A stretch of DNA of 64,000 bases from Acidobacteriota bacterium (GCA_046734955.1 JBKPSH010000113.1:33518-97517); one strand, 5' to 3'. Positions 19,926 to 29,688 are shown, counted from the stretch's first letter. Made by a program: numbers and translations. The notes: a model not told the origin generated them from the sequence alone.

Positions 19926-21191
19926 TTAGAAAATTGCCGGCGCGCCCACTCTGAAATTCGCGCCGAGAATAGGCACAGAGTCCCCCCCGAGCCACGAGTC
20001 GATAACCTTCGCGTAAACCGAGCGGAAGTCTGTTTCGTAGTGAACGTCGTTTCCGCTGTTTTCGAGCGTGGGATTGTCGGGCGTGCCGCGCAGGTTTGGC
20101 GCCGTGCCATAAATGCCACCGCGGACCCCACCGCCGATTGCCATCATGACGCTTGCCGCGCCATGGTCGGTGCCCTGGCTGCCGTTCTCGTTGATGCGGC
20201 GGCCAAACTCCGAGAACTGCAATACCAGCGTGTCGTTGAGCAGCCCCTGATTGAGCACATCGCTGTAGAACGCCAGTAGCCCATCGTTCAACGTCGCCAT
20301 TAGCGTCGTGTACGAGCCGTTCGCCTGATTCGGGTTCTGCGATGCGTGCGTGTCGTAGCCACCGGTCTGTACCCAGAACACCTTGGTGCCGACCCCTTTC
20401 ACCATGGCGCCGGCAATCATGCGCAACGCCTGTCCGAATCCGTTATTTGGATAGGTCACGCTCGGGGCGTAGGTGCCCACCTGTGCGACTCGATCCAGTG
20501 TCGCAAACGCAGCCTGCGACGACGCGTTCACGAACGCGAGATGCGGCTGATCGTCAGGCAGGTGCGACGCGATGCGCGTCGCGCTGTCCCGCGCGTACTG
20601 CACTTCCGTCCCCGCATTGGGGCTGGCGAAGGCATATCCCTGGACCGTCGGGATCGATGGCACACCAACGCGGTTCGCCTGCAGCGTGCGGGGAATCGTG
20701 CCGGCGGTCGACCAACCCGTCAGCGGATCAATCGGTGACGGCAGCGCATCGAGATACCGGCCGAGCCAGCCATTCCCTTGAGGGACCCGTGGATCCGCTG
20801 TCGACCAGATGTCCGTCCCTTCGAAATGCGACCGGCTTGAATTCGCGTAGCCGGTCCGCTGAATGAACGCGAGCCGCCCGCTATTGAAGATTGTCCGCAG
20901 GCCCGTGAGACGAGGATGAAGACCGAGCGCAACACCAGAGGGATCGGATCCAATCTGCAGCACGTTGGCAGCAGGAATCGCAATCGTCGGACGGCGATTG
21001 CGATATTCCGGGTCGTTGTAAGGAATCAACATGCTGAGCGAATCATTGCCACCGCTCAGATAAAGGACGACGAGATTTTGTCGAGAGCGGCCCTGCGCTC
21101 GCGCGAGATCCGACAGAAACGCCGGCGCCGCGAAGCTGACAGTGAACGCCGCCACGCCGCCGCGGACGAACTCGCGCCTGGTGATGGCCAT
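19926..21191 (-). CDS. DUF1501 (sulfatase-like) protein with Tat signal
   Basis: 421 aa with MAITRREFVRGGVAAF and GGYDTHASQ. Confidence 0.85.
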   Translation of the reverse strand: MAITRREFVRGGVAAFTVSFAAPAFLSDLARAQGRSRQNLVVLYLSGGNDSLSMLIPYNDPEYRNRRPTIAIPAANVLQIGSDPSGVALGLHPRLTGLRTIFNSGRLAFIQRTGYANSSRSHFEGTDIWSTADPRVPQGNGWLGRYLDALPSPIDPLTGWSTAGTIPRTLQANRVGVPSIPTVQGYAFASPNAGTEVQYARDSATRIASHLPDDQPHLAFVNASSQAAFATLDRVAQVGTYAPSVTYPNNGFGQALRMIAGAMVKGVGTKVFWVQTGGYDTHASQNPNQANGSYTTLMATLNDGLLAFYSDVLNQGLLNDTLVLQFSEFGRRINENGSQGTDHGAASVMMAIGGGVRGGIYGTAPNLRGTPDNPTLENSGNDVHYETDFRSVYAKVIDSWLGGDSVPILGANFRVGAPAIF

Positions 21192-21203
21192 GGTCGCTCT
21201 CCC

Positions 21204-22703
21204 CTACACGAGCTGGTAATCGCCGGACCCAACGATCAAATGCGCAAGGCCGGCCGCCTTGACGAGCAACTGCGCATCGGAGCCGGTCCATGCGGTGCCT
21301 GCGCGCGCGTAATCGATGAGGGCCTGATAGGGCTCGTGCGCGAACGGCGCCGCCGTCAGTCGGTCGAGCATGAGCGAGACGAGCGCTTCCGGCGAACTAC
21401 GCCCGCCACGCGCGATGTCGCGCAGAGTGAACTTCTGATTGGTCGCCAGTTGCGACGCGAAGTTCATGCGGGTCAGCATCGCGCCACTTGAGTACCAGTT
21501 CGTTCCGAGATCCCACCCGGCCACATCGGGCGGCTCGAACAGCTGCTGACCCATGTTCGCCATCGGGCCAAGCGCATCGTTGACCGAGAACCCGGTCCAC
21601 CCCACCTCTTTGATCGATCGGGCGACGAACTCCGCCGGCCACGAATACCGCGCATATCGATTCTCCCCGGCGACGAACTGCGGCGACAGGAACAACCGTT
21701 GAAGCACCGGCTTCATTTCGAAACCGCTGCGATAGTAGGTATTCGCAAGATCCGCGATGAGTCCAGCGTCCGGCTCTGATACTTCGCTAACGAAGTACTG
21801 ATAGAGCTTTCTCGCGAGCCGCGGTCCGGTCGCAGGATGCGTGGCAACCGCGTTGATGAGATCGACGCCGTCCTGCATCCCGGCATCCGCCGAGCGCGCT
21901 GGTATCACCTTGCTGTTGTTCGAGTAGATCGGGAAGGTGAACTCTTTCGCCGTGGTGTCGTGCTGTGCCGCCACATAGCTGAACGTGTAATACGCGTTGG
22001 AAGGGCGCGCCAGATTCCAACCGGTGAACACGCGAGCTCCGGCGTAGACGTCAGTCTCGGCAAATGTATCGACGCCCATCGTGAACAGCTCCATCAGCTC
22101 GCGCGCAAAATTCTCCTGCGGCCTTCCTTTCACATTCGTGCGGCCGTCGAGCCACACGAGCATCGCCGTGTCCTTCGCCACCGCAAGAAGCAAGTCGCGG
22201 AAATTCCCAACCGCATACTGGCGGAACAGTTCGATTTGTCCCCTGACCTGATTTGGATCCTCGGTGGGCTTCGCCGCCATGTAGCGCGCGCCTTCTTCGG
22301 CCCCGAGCGCTCCCGCAACCTTGGTGTACGCCGTCGCGAAGTGGTTGTGCCAGAAGAGCGCCATCTTCTCCTGGAGAGGACGTCGCGAATGAATCATGCG
22401 AAACAGCCATCGCTGGCGCGAATCGTTGATGACCGTTCGAGGAAGAAACTCGCCGCGGGCGGTAATCGAGACGTAACCAGCTTTTCCAATCAGCTGATCG
22501 ACATCGTCAGGAACGCTCTGGTAATTCAGAAGTTGCTGGACGGCTGCCGACAATCCCATTTCCAGGTAATCGTCGATTTCGTCCTGGCCTGCGCCGAAGC
22601 CGGCGCGACGTAGCAGGTGCTCGATGACATGCTCGCCGTGCCGGACGCGCTCTCGTTCTGGCGGATCGCGTCGTTGCTGCATCGTAGGGCTCCCCGCCGG
22701 CAT
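21204..22703 (-). CDS. DUF1800 protein
   Basis: 499 aa with HLLRRAGFGAGQDEIDDY. It sits 12 nt upstream of its usual DUF1501 partner. Confidence 0.8.
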   Translation of the reverse strand: MPAGSPTMQQRRDPPERERVRHGEHVIEHLLRRAGFGAGQDEIDDYLEMGLSAAVQQLLNYQSVPDDVDQLIGKAGYVSITARGEFLPRTVINDSRQRWLFRMIHSRRPLQEKMALFWHNHFATAYTKVAGALGAEEGARYMAAKPTEDPNQVRGQIELFRQYAVGNFRDLLLAVAKDTAMLVWLDGRTNVKGRPQENFARELMELFTMGVDTFAETDVYAGARVFTGWNLARPSNAYYTFSYVAAQHDTTAKEFTFPIYSNNSKVIPARSADAGMQDGVDLINAVATHPATGPRLARKLYQYFVSEVSEPDAGLIADLANTYYRSGFEMKPVLQRLFLSPQFVAGENRYARYSWPAEFVARSIKEVGWTGFSVNDALGPMANMGQQLFEPPDVAGWDLGTNWYSSGAMLTRMNFASQLATNQKFTLRDIARGGRSSPEALVSLMLDRLTAAPFAHEPYQALIDYARAGTAWTGSDAQLLVKAAGLAHLIVGSGDYQLV

Positions 22704-22789
22704 GGTACGCCTCCCTATTACTTCCGGTTGCTGGGCCGCGCAACCAAACTTCTTTAGACAGGGCGGCAGTCCGCGGCGTTACCTTGGCG

Positions 22790-24013
22790 TCAAAGGACCC
22801 TGGAGAAGCCGAATAAATCGTCCCCCTTGGCGGGTTCCTTCTGGTAATGCCGCATCAGGATCCGGGCGGCGAGCCACGCAAATGCGGCGCCATGGCGACC
22901 CGGCGCCATGGCGAACAAATGGCGCGGAAAATTGCGGTGAAGCCCCACAAACGGCAGCCGATCAACACTTTCGTAATGGCGTGAGGACCACGCCCACTCG
23001 GCTGGCTGGCCGGAGATCGCCGGATACATCACCGATAGCTCATACATCAGCTGGCCAGTGCGTTGAACGAGCGTCTTGTCGCGCCCGCGATCCGGAATCA
23101 CCGGCTGATCCGCGCCCGCAAAGAGCGCACGGTCGTCCTTCAACCATCGGAGTGTGTGTGATGGTGTTTCGGTATCGATCACCGCACTGGTGCGGCTGCC
23201 GACTTCGCGGCGAACAGCAGCGGGTAGTTGCGCGGTCACGACGCCGTAAGTGTCGGACGCTTTGATGTGACGGCGAAGCGCGCGTAAATCCTGGAGCGGA
23301 GCGGATGTCGCGATGACAACCGCTTGCGCCTTCAGCGTGCCGCTCGCGGTCGAGACCTGCACGCCTTTTCGGCCCGCGCGAATACGGCGCACCGGCGAAC
23401 GTTCGTAAAGCATCGCGCCGCGTCTGACCGCGGCTGCTGCAACGCCGATGGACGCACGATAGGGGTCGAACGAGAACCCATGAGAGCGGATCGCGCCGTC
23501 ACTGTCGACGGCCGTCTCTCGCTTCACCGCCGCGGGCTTCACCCAACTGTTTTCGAGACCGGCATCGCGTCGGGCCTGATACTCGCGCGACAAGAATCGT
23601 GACGTTTCGGAACCGGCGCGCGCGACCGTCAGAAAGTCGCAGGGCACGAGGTCGCAGCGAATCTCCAGCCGTCGGAGCGCCGCCGCCATATCCAACGCGG
23701 CGCGTCTCATCGTCTGCCACATCGTCCGCGATGTTCTCAACCCGTGCGCCTGGACGTTCTCACGAAACGATGCGTCGAAGTCCTCGCGGATGACACCGAC
23801 TGACTCAGCGGTTCCCGCGCCGCCGAGCGTTTCGACTTCGAGAAGGACGGTGGGGATTCCCGCGTTCGCAAATGACCAGGCGCACGCGCACCCAGTCAGG
23901 CCGCCGCCAACGATGACGACGTCTGTTTCGGAATCACCTTTGAAGCGCGGGTATGAAGGACGACGGGTTTTGGGAAATCGGTCGAGCCAGATTGGGACGT
24001 GACGAATCGGCAT
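22790..24013 (-). CDS. FAD-dependent oxidoreductase (DAO family)
   Basis: 407 aa with dinucleotide fold DVVIVGGGLTGCACAW. Confidence 0.8.
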   Translation of the reverse strand: MPIRHVPIWLDRFPKTRRPSYPRFKGDSETDVVIVGGGLTGCACAWSFANAGIPTVLLEVETLGGAGTAESVGVIREDFDASFRENVQAHGLRTSRTMWQTMRRAALDMAAALRRLEIRCDLVPCDFLTVARAGSETSRFLSREYQARRDAGLENSWVKPAAVKRETAVDSDGAIRSHGFSFDPYRASIGVAAAAVRRGAMLYERSPVRRIRAGRKGVQVSTASGTLKAQAVVIATSAPLQDLRALRRHIKASDTYGVVTAQLPAAVRREVGSRTSAVIDTETPSHTLRWLKDDRALFAGADQPVIPDRGRDKTLVQRTGQLMYELSVMYPAISGQPAEWAWSSRHYESVDRLPFVGLHRNFPRHLFAMAPGRHGAAFAWLAARILMRHYQKEPAKGDDLFGFSRVL

Positions 24014-24030
24014 GAATGCGTGCGCCTAGT

Positions 24031-24098
24031 CTACCTTTTCCCTTATTTCCTTGCCCCCTTTGCTTTTCCCTTCTCCCGTTTCCCTTTTCCCTTTCTCC
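24031..24098. repeat. Solo pyrimidine-rich tract (CTTTTCC class)
   Basis: CTACCTTTTCCCTTATTTCCTTGCCCCCTTTGCTTTTCCCTTCTCCCGTTTCCCTTTTCCCTTTCTCC in a divergent promoter region. Its first 12 nt match the right arm of the 19902 hairpin. Confidence 0.6.
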
Positions 24099-24151
24099 GG
24101 GCACAGGGTTTGCGCTCGATCGGCGACAGCCAAAAATGACGAGGAGAATAT

Positions 24152-25303
24152 ATGTCGCTGACTGAACAGCTCGACCGGCTCGCCGGATTTGAACCCGCTC
24201 CCTACCCCGTGGTGAGCCTGTATCTCGATACGCGACCGAACCAACATGGGCGCGACCAGCATCAGGCATTCACCCGCAAAGAGTTAAAGGCACGGAGCCG
24301 CACCTATCCCTCAAATTCTCCGGAACGCGAGAGCCTCGACAAAGACATCGAGCGCATCACTCGTTTTCTCGAAACCGAGGTCGACCCGTCGGCGAACAGC
24401 GTCGCGCTTTTTGCGTGCTCAGCCGGAGAGTTGTTCGAGACAATCCAGTCGGCGGGCGTCGTTCCGCAGCACGCCCTCCACATTGGTGATCGACCGCATC
24501 TCTATCCACTTGCCCGCCTCGAATCGCAGTCGCGGCGATACGCCGCGGTCGTCACGGACACGAACTCTGCACATATTCTTGTCATCTCAGCGGGCGAACT
24601 GGTCGCGGATCGGGAGGTGAAGAACGTCAAGACGCGATGGACGTCGCAAGGCGGATGGTCTCAAGCACGGTATCAGCGGCACATTGAAAATTTCCATCTG
24701 CAACACGTCAAGGAAGTCGTCGACACTCTCGACCGCCTCGTCCAGGATGAGGGAATCGCTCACATACTGATTTCGTGTGACGAAGTGACTCTTCCGGTTT
24801 TGCGTGAGCAGCTGCCGAAGCCGCTTGCCGAAAAGGTCGTCGATCACATTCGTCTCGAGGCGCATGCGGCAGCGGCCGAGGTGCTGAAGGCGTCGATGGA
24901 GGCGATGAACAAGATCAATGCGAAGACAGACCGCGAGAAGGTCGATACCGCCATCGGCGCCTATCGCGCCGGTGGCCTCGGAGTGGTCGGCCCCGAAGAT
25001 ACTCTCGCCGCACTGATGAAGGGCCAGGTCGATGACTTGCTCATCACCGCGGATATGCAGCGCATGCGGCCGGTACCAGTCGGAACAGCGGTCGGTCGCG
25101 GCAAAGAGGCAAACGTTTCCGAACCGGTGCTCGAAGCGGTTGCGGCAGGTGAAGCAGCTCAGGCGCCGCCGGAAACAGTGCGGCTGGCAGATGACCTTAT
25201 TGCGAAAGCGAAGCAAACTGCTGCACGGATAACCTTCATTGAAGATCCGGAACTGCTTTCCAAGTACGGAGGAGTGGCCGCGCTGCTGAGATTCAGGATC
25301 TGA
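24152..25303 (+). CDS. Bacterial eRF1/Pelota-fold protein (baeRF / VLRF1-like)
   Basis: 383 aa, preceded by a good SD (GAGGAG). The central loop TSQGGWSQARYQRH resembles the Gln-containing catalytic loop of Vms1-like release factors. The length fits three domains. Confidence 0.6.
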   Translation: MSLTEQLDRLAGFEPAPYPVVSLYLDTRPNQHGRDQHQAFTRKELKARSRTYPSNSPERESLDKDIERITRFLETEVDPSANSVALFACSAGELFETIQSAGVVPQHALHIGDRPHLYPLARLESQSRRYAAVVTDTNSAHILVISAGELVADREVKNVKTRWTSQGGWSQARYQRHIENFHLQHVKEVVDTLDRLVQDEGIAHILISCDEVTLPVLREQLPKPLAEKVVDHIRLEAHAAAAEVLKASMEAMNKINAKTDREKVDTAIGAYRAGGLGVVGPEDTLAALMKGQVDDLLITADMQRMRPVPVGTAVGRGKEANVSEPVLEAVAAGEAAQAPPETVRLADDLIAKAKQTAARITFIEDPELLSKYGGVAALLRFRI

Positions 25304-26033
25304 TCCGGCGTGTATGAGAGGGGTTGTCCGCCGACGTCCCGCGCCGTGGTCCACTCGCGCGTTCCCGCTTGGAGCTTCGATACAACGCGATTGCCGACAC
25401 GACACTGCCCACGGTCGCGATGACAGCCATGCCGGCGACGATCATGGTAAAGGTCGTCGACTGCATCCATCCAATGATGCTTTTGCCGTAGTGTGCAGCC
25501 AGTGCACCTTCGGCAAGGAAGCGAACCGTGCGCACGGCGCCAAGTGTGGCGAAGAATATCCAGGCGTTCACATGACCTGCCCCACTCGTTAGAACGAACG
25601 CGGTGAACGGAAAAGGCGGAGGGATAATGGCGAGCGCGGCGACGGTGACTGCAGCGCTCTTCCCAACGCGTTGCTGCACTCGTTCCAGCCGCGACGGCTT
25701 TACGAATCGTGACAGTCCGTGTTCGCCAACCTTGCGTCCGATCCAGAAAGTGCCTGCGGCTCCAAGCATCGATCCCATCGTGGCCAGAATCGCGTACAAC
25801 CAGAACCAATCAGGTTTTCGCGCGGCGAGCAGAATGAGGACGAAATCGATGCCCAGCGGCAGGAAGAACACGATCGAGGAGTCCAATGCGGCGAGAAGTA
25901 TCAGTCCCGGGGGCGTCAGGAAGTATCCGAGAAAAGAGTAGAAAAGGCCGCGCACCCCTCCCGGCGTATCAAACGCTGGACCATGTCTGGGATTCAGCAG
26001 GAGCGGTAGTAAGCTCAACTGCGAGAAATTCAA
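25293..26033 (-). CDS. YqaA/DedA-like (VTT-domain) membrane protein
   Basis: 246 aa and polytopic, with LAALDSSIVFFLPLGIDF. The TTG start at 26033 abuts the divergent gene, so the true start may lie downstream (for example GTG 25955). Confidence 0.6.
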   Translation of the reverse strand: MNFSQLSLLPLLLNPRHGPAFDTPGGVRGLFYSFLGYFLTPPGLILLAALDSSIVFFLPLGIDFVLILLAARKPDWFWLYAILATMGSMLGAAGTFWIGRKVGEHGLSRFVKPSRLERVQQRVGKSAAVTVAALAIIPPPFPFTAFVLTSGAGHVNAWIFFATLGAVRTVRFLAEGALAAHYGKSIIGWMQSTTFTMIVAGMAVIATVGSVVSAIALYRSSKRERASGPRRGTSADNPSHTRRIRS

Positions 26034-27370
26034 TGAAACGCGTCATTCTGGCGGCATGTTGTGTCATCGCGTCCGCCGGCATCATCGCCGGACCGGATGC
26101 GGGTTCAGTCGCGGCACAGGGGACGAAGGGCGGTGCGATGGACAAGATCGCGGAGCAGTACGTGAGGCTCGTGCTGGCGCTCGGTCAACACGATGCCGAT
26201 TACGTCGATGCGTACTACGGACCACCGGAGTGGAAGAAGGAAGCGGCGGCCACCAAGATCGACCTGGATAACATCGGCGCGCAGGCAAAGACACTCATCG
26301 CCAACCTCGATCGCGAGCGCACCGCGGGGCTATCGTCCAAATCCACCGACGAGATGATCCAGCTTCGTCTGCAGTATCTCGAGCGTCAATTGTCGGCACT
26401 CTCGGCGCGTGTGCGCATGCTCAAGGGCGAGCGGCTGTCGTTCGATGACGAGTCGCGCGCGCTCTATGACGCGGTCGCGCCGACGTTTCCGGAGTCGCAC
26501 TTTCAGGCGATTCTCGATCGCCTCGAACAGAGATTTCCCGGTCCAGGACCGCTGGTCGAACGATACGACGCGTTTCGGCGCGCATTCGTCATCCCGCGCG
26601 ACCGGCTCGATGCGGTATTTCAGCGCGCCATTCAAGCGGGTCGTGAGCGGACCCTGCAGCACGTCAAATTGCCTGGCGACGAGAAATTCACCGTCGAGTA
26701 CGTCACCAACAAGTCATGGAGCGGGTACAACTGGTATCAGGGCGGCTATCGCAGCCTGATTCAAGTCAACACCGATCTGCCAATCTTCATCGACCGCGCG
26801 ATCGATCTTGCCTGCCACGAGGGCTATCCGGGACACCACGTCTACAACGTTCTGCTCGAAAAGAATCTCGTGAAGGATCGCGGATGGATCGAGTTTTCGA
26901 TTTACCCGCTTTTTTCGCCACAATCGCTGATCGCAGAAGGCACAGCGAATTTCGGCATTGAAGTCGCGTTCCCCGGGAAGGAGCGGGTTGAATTCGAACG
27001 CGCGGTGCTCTTCCCTCTTGCGGGCCTGGACCCGGCGCGCGCGGGTGAATACGACGAGGTCCAGGCACTCGTCGATCAGCTTTCGTACGCGGGGAACGAA
27101 GCGGCGCGACGCTACATCAACAAACAAATCGACGCTGCACAAGCTGCCGCATGGCTCGAGCGCTACGCGCTGATGCAGCACGACAGGGCCGTCCAGCGCG
27201 TAAAGTTCTTCGATCAATATCGAAGCTACGTGATCAACTACAACCTCGGGAAGGACATGGTCCGCCGCTACATCGAATCGCGTGGCGGAAGGGCAGATGC
27301 TCCCGAGAAGCGGTGGGCGGAATTCGAACGGCTCATCTCGTCGCCGCGGCTGCCGTCAGGATTGAAGTAA
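26033..27370 (+). CDS. Secreted DUF885-like metallopeptidase-fold protein
   Basis: ATG 26033 gives the signal peptide MKRVILAACCVIASAGIIAG. HExxPGHH-type motif CHEGYPGHHVYN is present. Confidence 0.65.
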   Translation: MKRVILAACCVIASAGIIAGPDAGSVAAQGTKGGAMDKIAEQYVRLVLALGQHDADYVDAYYGPPEWKKEAAATKIDLDNIGAQAKTLIANLDRERTAGLSSKSTDEMIQLRLQYLERQLSALSARVRMLKGERLSFDDESRALYDAVAPTFPESHFQAILDRLEQRFPGPGPLVERYDAFRRAFVIPRDRLDAVFQRAIQAGRERTLQHVKLPGDEKFTVEYVTNKSWSGYNWYQGGYRSLIQVNTDLPIFIDRAIDLACHEGYPGHHVYNVLLEKNLVKDRGWIEFSIYPLFSPQSLIAEGTANFGIEVAFPGKERVEFERAVLFPLAGLDPARAGEYDEVQALVDQLSYAGNEAARRYINKQIDAAQAAAWLERYALMQHDRAVQRVKFFDQYRSYVINYNLGKDMVRRYIESRGGRADAPEKRWAEFERLISSPRLPSGLK

Positions 27371-27400
27371 GCGGCATCGCAGGCTGTGGGGGGCTAACGG

Positions 27401-28717
27401 CTACCGCGCGAGTATCGCAAGCGCAGAGCTCTGCTCGACTGGGTAACTTCCGTCGCCGTTCAGGCCGCGCAAGCGGTGTGGCAGTTGACCTGTCGATTCG
27501 CGACAATGCTGCCGCGCCTCCTCGAGCGACGGCTGGGGGGTGATGCGCCGGCCATCCCGCATGACCCGCTCGAGAAGTGCTCTCGCGCTCGCGGGTGCTG
27601 CCTCGTCTTCCAACGAAATGAGGTCACCAACGGCGACACTGTTTTCCTCCGATCGCCACACCTGCTTTGCACCCGGCCAGGTTCCCTTCCCTTCGCTGCG
27701 CTTCCTGACTCGACGGACGACGCCCCGATCTGTGAGTTCGACCAGCTTGTAGACGCCACCGAGCGCAGGGGCATCATCGGAGGTCGCGAGCGCGGTGCCG
27801 ACTGCGAACATGTCGACGGGCGCTCCGGATGCGACGAGGTCAGCGATCTTCCATTCATCGAGATCTCCGCTCAGAATGATTCGCGTCGAGGAGAGCCCGG
27901 CGTGATTCAGCAGCTCACGCACGGAACGCGACGCAACGCTGAGATCTCCGCTGTCGATGCGCACGCCCTGTGGCCGGAGACCGGCGTCAATCAGAATCTT
28001 CGTTGCCGCGTTGACGTCGAACGTGTCGAGCAAGAGCACTGTGTGCTGATCGAACAGCTCTGCGTACGACGTAAACGCGTCCATCTCGGACGGTGCCGCA
28101 AGGATCCAGGAGTGAGCCATCGTGCCCGAGAGTGGAATCCCAAATCTCCTCCCGGCTTCAACCAATGATGTCGCGACGCAACCGGCGAGATACGCCGCAC
28201 GCGCGGCAAACAGGCCGGCATCGAGACCGTGCGCGCGCCGCGCACCAAACTCCATCACCGGCCGATCACCTGCGGCGTGAACGATCCGGACGGCTTTACT
28301 GGCGATGGTCGTCTGGAAACTCACAATCGCCAGCAGTGCCGTCTCGACCAGCTGCGCTTCCGCGATCGGCGCAGACACCCGAAGAATTGGCTCCATCGGA
28401 AAGAATGGTGTGCCCTCGCGCATCGCCCAGACGTCGCCGGAAAACCGAAACGCACTCAGGTAATCAAAAAACGCTGTGGGAACGCGGCGGAACGCGGGCT
28501 GATTTCGAAGCCAGTCGATATCGTCACCGGAGAATGTCAGGGCTTCGAGATAACTGAGCGCCTGATCGAGCCCGGCGGCAACGAGAAACGCGCGATTCCG
28601 CGGAAGTCGACGGACAAAGAGTTCGAACGTCGCGCGAATCGGCAGCATTTCGCGGTCGAAGTAGCCGGCCATCATCGTCAATTGGTAAAGATCGGTAGAG
28701 AATGCTGGTGTGGGCAT
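27401..28717 (-). CDS. pncB: Nicotinate phosphoribosyltransferase
   Basis: 438 aa with N-terminus MPTPAFSTDLYQLTMMAGYF and the SGTMAHSW context. Confidence 0.88.
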   Translation of the reverse strand: MPTPAFSTDLYQLTMMAGYFDREMLPIRATFELFVRRLPRNRAFLVAAGLDQALSYLEALTFSGDDIDWLRNQPAFRRVPTAFFDYLSAFRFSGDVWAMREGTPFFPMEPILRVSAPIAEAQLVETALLAIVSFQTTIASKAVRIVHAAGDRPVMEFGARRAHGLDAGLFAARAAYLAGCVATSLVEAGRRFGIPLSGTMAHSWILAAPSEMDAFTSYAELFDQHTVLLLDTFDVNAATKILIDAGLRPQGVRIDSGDLSVASRSVRELLNHAGLSSTRIILSGDLDEWKIADLVASGAPVDMFAVGTALATSDDAPALGGVYKLVELTDRGVVRRVRKRSEGKGTWPGAKQVWRSEENSVAVGDLISLEDEAAPASARALLERVMRDGRRITPQPSLEEARQHCRESTGQLPHRLRGLNGDGSYPVEQSSALAILAR

Positions 28718-28756
28718 GCTGCTTGCGAACCCTCGAAATCGACGCGGCTGCAGAGG

Positions 28757-29662
28757 ATGCGGGTGCCGGAGTCAATGGTGAACAGCTGGCTCGATGTTGT
28801 TGACGCGCTGTACGAAGGATCCTGGAACAAGGATCTCCAGCGCTTCCGATCGCCATTTGCGTTTCGCGGCCTGAATTGCGTTACGCACACGCTTGCGAGT
28901 TCGCTGCTTCGGCTGGCCGAGCCGGAAGCGGACATCGCCCGGCTCGAGGTCGCCCTGCTGCGCAACTTTCGCAAGTACGGTCACGGCCTGGCGACCGGCG
29001 CCGACTCGATCTGGGACTGGCTTGCGCTCGGTCAACATCGCGGCCTTCCGACACGCCTCCTCGATTGGACCTACTCTCCGCTCGTTGCGCTGCACTTCGC
29101 GACGGAGAATACCTCCGAATTCGACCAGGACGGAACCGTGTGGTGCGTCAACTTCGTCCAAGCGAACAAGCGGCTGCCCGCGCGGCTGAAGCGGATGCTA
29201 CAGCAGGAAGGATCCGATACGTTCACCGTCGAGATGCTGTCGGCATTCCGGTCGTTGCGGAATTTCGACGCCCTCGCCCGCGAACCGTTCGTCGTCTTTC
29301 TCGAACCGCCGGCGGTCGATCAGCGAATCCTCCATCAACTCGCGCTCTTCTCGCTGATGTCCAGCCCGTCGGCACGTCTTGATGACTGGCTCGTGCAACA
29401 CCCCGACCTCTGTCGTCGCGTCGTCGTACCGGCGTCACTCAAGTGGGAGATTCGGGACAAGCTCGATCAGGCGAACGTCAACGAGCGCGTGCTATTTCCA
29501 GGGCTCGACGGCTTGAGCCGCTGGCTCGCGCGCTACTACACACCCGCCGCGCATCGCGGCGCTCGCCGATCACCGAGGCACAATCAGCAGCTTCCACTGG
29601 CTGGAACTAACGCCGTCACGAAATCACAGGAGCAAAGAGAAAGGAGGAGCAAGAAGAAATAA
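28757..29662 (+). CDS. FRG-domain protein
   Basis: ATG 28757 (ATG 28775 is an alternative). Contains SPFAFRGL and GQHRGLPTRLLDWTYSP. The ORF portion from 28229 is antisense to pncB and is discarded. Confidence 0.7.
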   Translation: MRVPESMVNSWLDVVDALYEGSWNKDLQRFRSPFAFRGLNCVTHTLASSLLRLAEPEADIARLEVALLRNFRKYGHGLATGADSIWDWLALGQHRGLPTRLLDWTYSPLVALHFATENTSEFDQDGTVWCVNFVQANKRLPARLKRMLQQEGSDTFTVEMLSAFRSLRNFDALAREPFVVFLEPPAVDQRILHQLALFSLMSSPSARLDDWLVQHPDLCRRVVVPASLKWEIRDKLDQANVNERVLFPGLDGLSRWLARYYTPAAHRGARRSPRHNQQLPLAGTNAVTKSQEQRERRSKKK

Positions 29663-29688
29663 TGATCCACCCTTCCTTTCTCCTGTGG
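29625..29688. repeat. Purine/pyrimidine-arm hairpin (GAGAAAGGAGG class)
   Basis: CACAGGAGCAAAGAGAAAGGAGG ... CCTTCCTTTCTCCTGTGG. The FRG stop codon (29660-62) lies in the loop. Confidence 0.55.

Noticed and set aside
25886-26032. The N-terminal extension of the DUF885-like ORF. Analogous extensions occur at 9295-9546 (hisF), 5022-5156 (hisG), 38832-40385 (PQQ protein), 51141-52505 (kdgK), 52163-53002 (eda), 52822-53865 (iolB-like) and 55938-56024 (MFS).
   Set aside because: The extensions overlap neighbouring genes or repeats. Internal starts give canonical N-termini or signal peptides, and often ATGA coupling with the neighbouring gene.
28229-28756. The N-terminal 176 codons of track ORF 28229-29662 (the FRG protein).
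   Set aside because: This part is antisense to pncB and has a shadow-like composition. FRG-domain homology begins only after ATG 28757.
28718-29662. The FRG-pncB pair, considered as an NAD-related defence or counter-defence module.
   Set aside because: pncB looks like ordinary NAD salvage. There is no SIR2, TIR, NADase or other effector nearby. Adjacency alone is insufficient, so I kept it only as a low-interest note.
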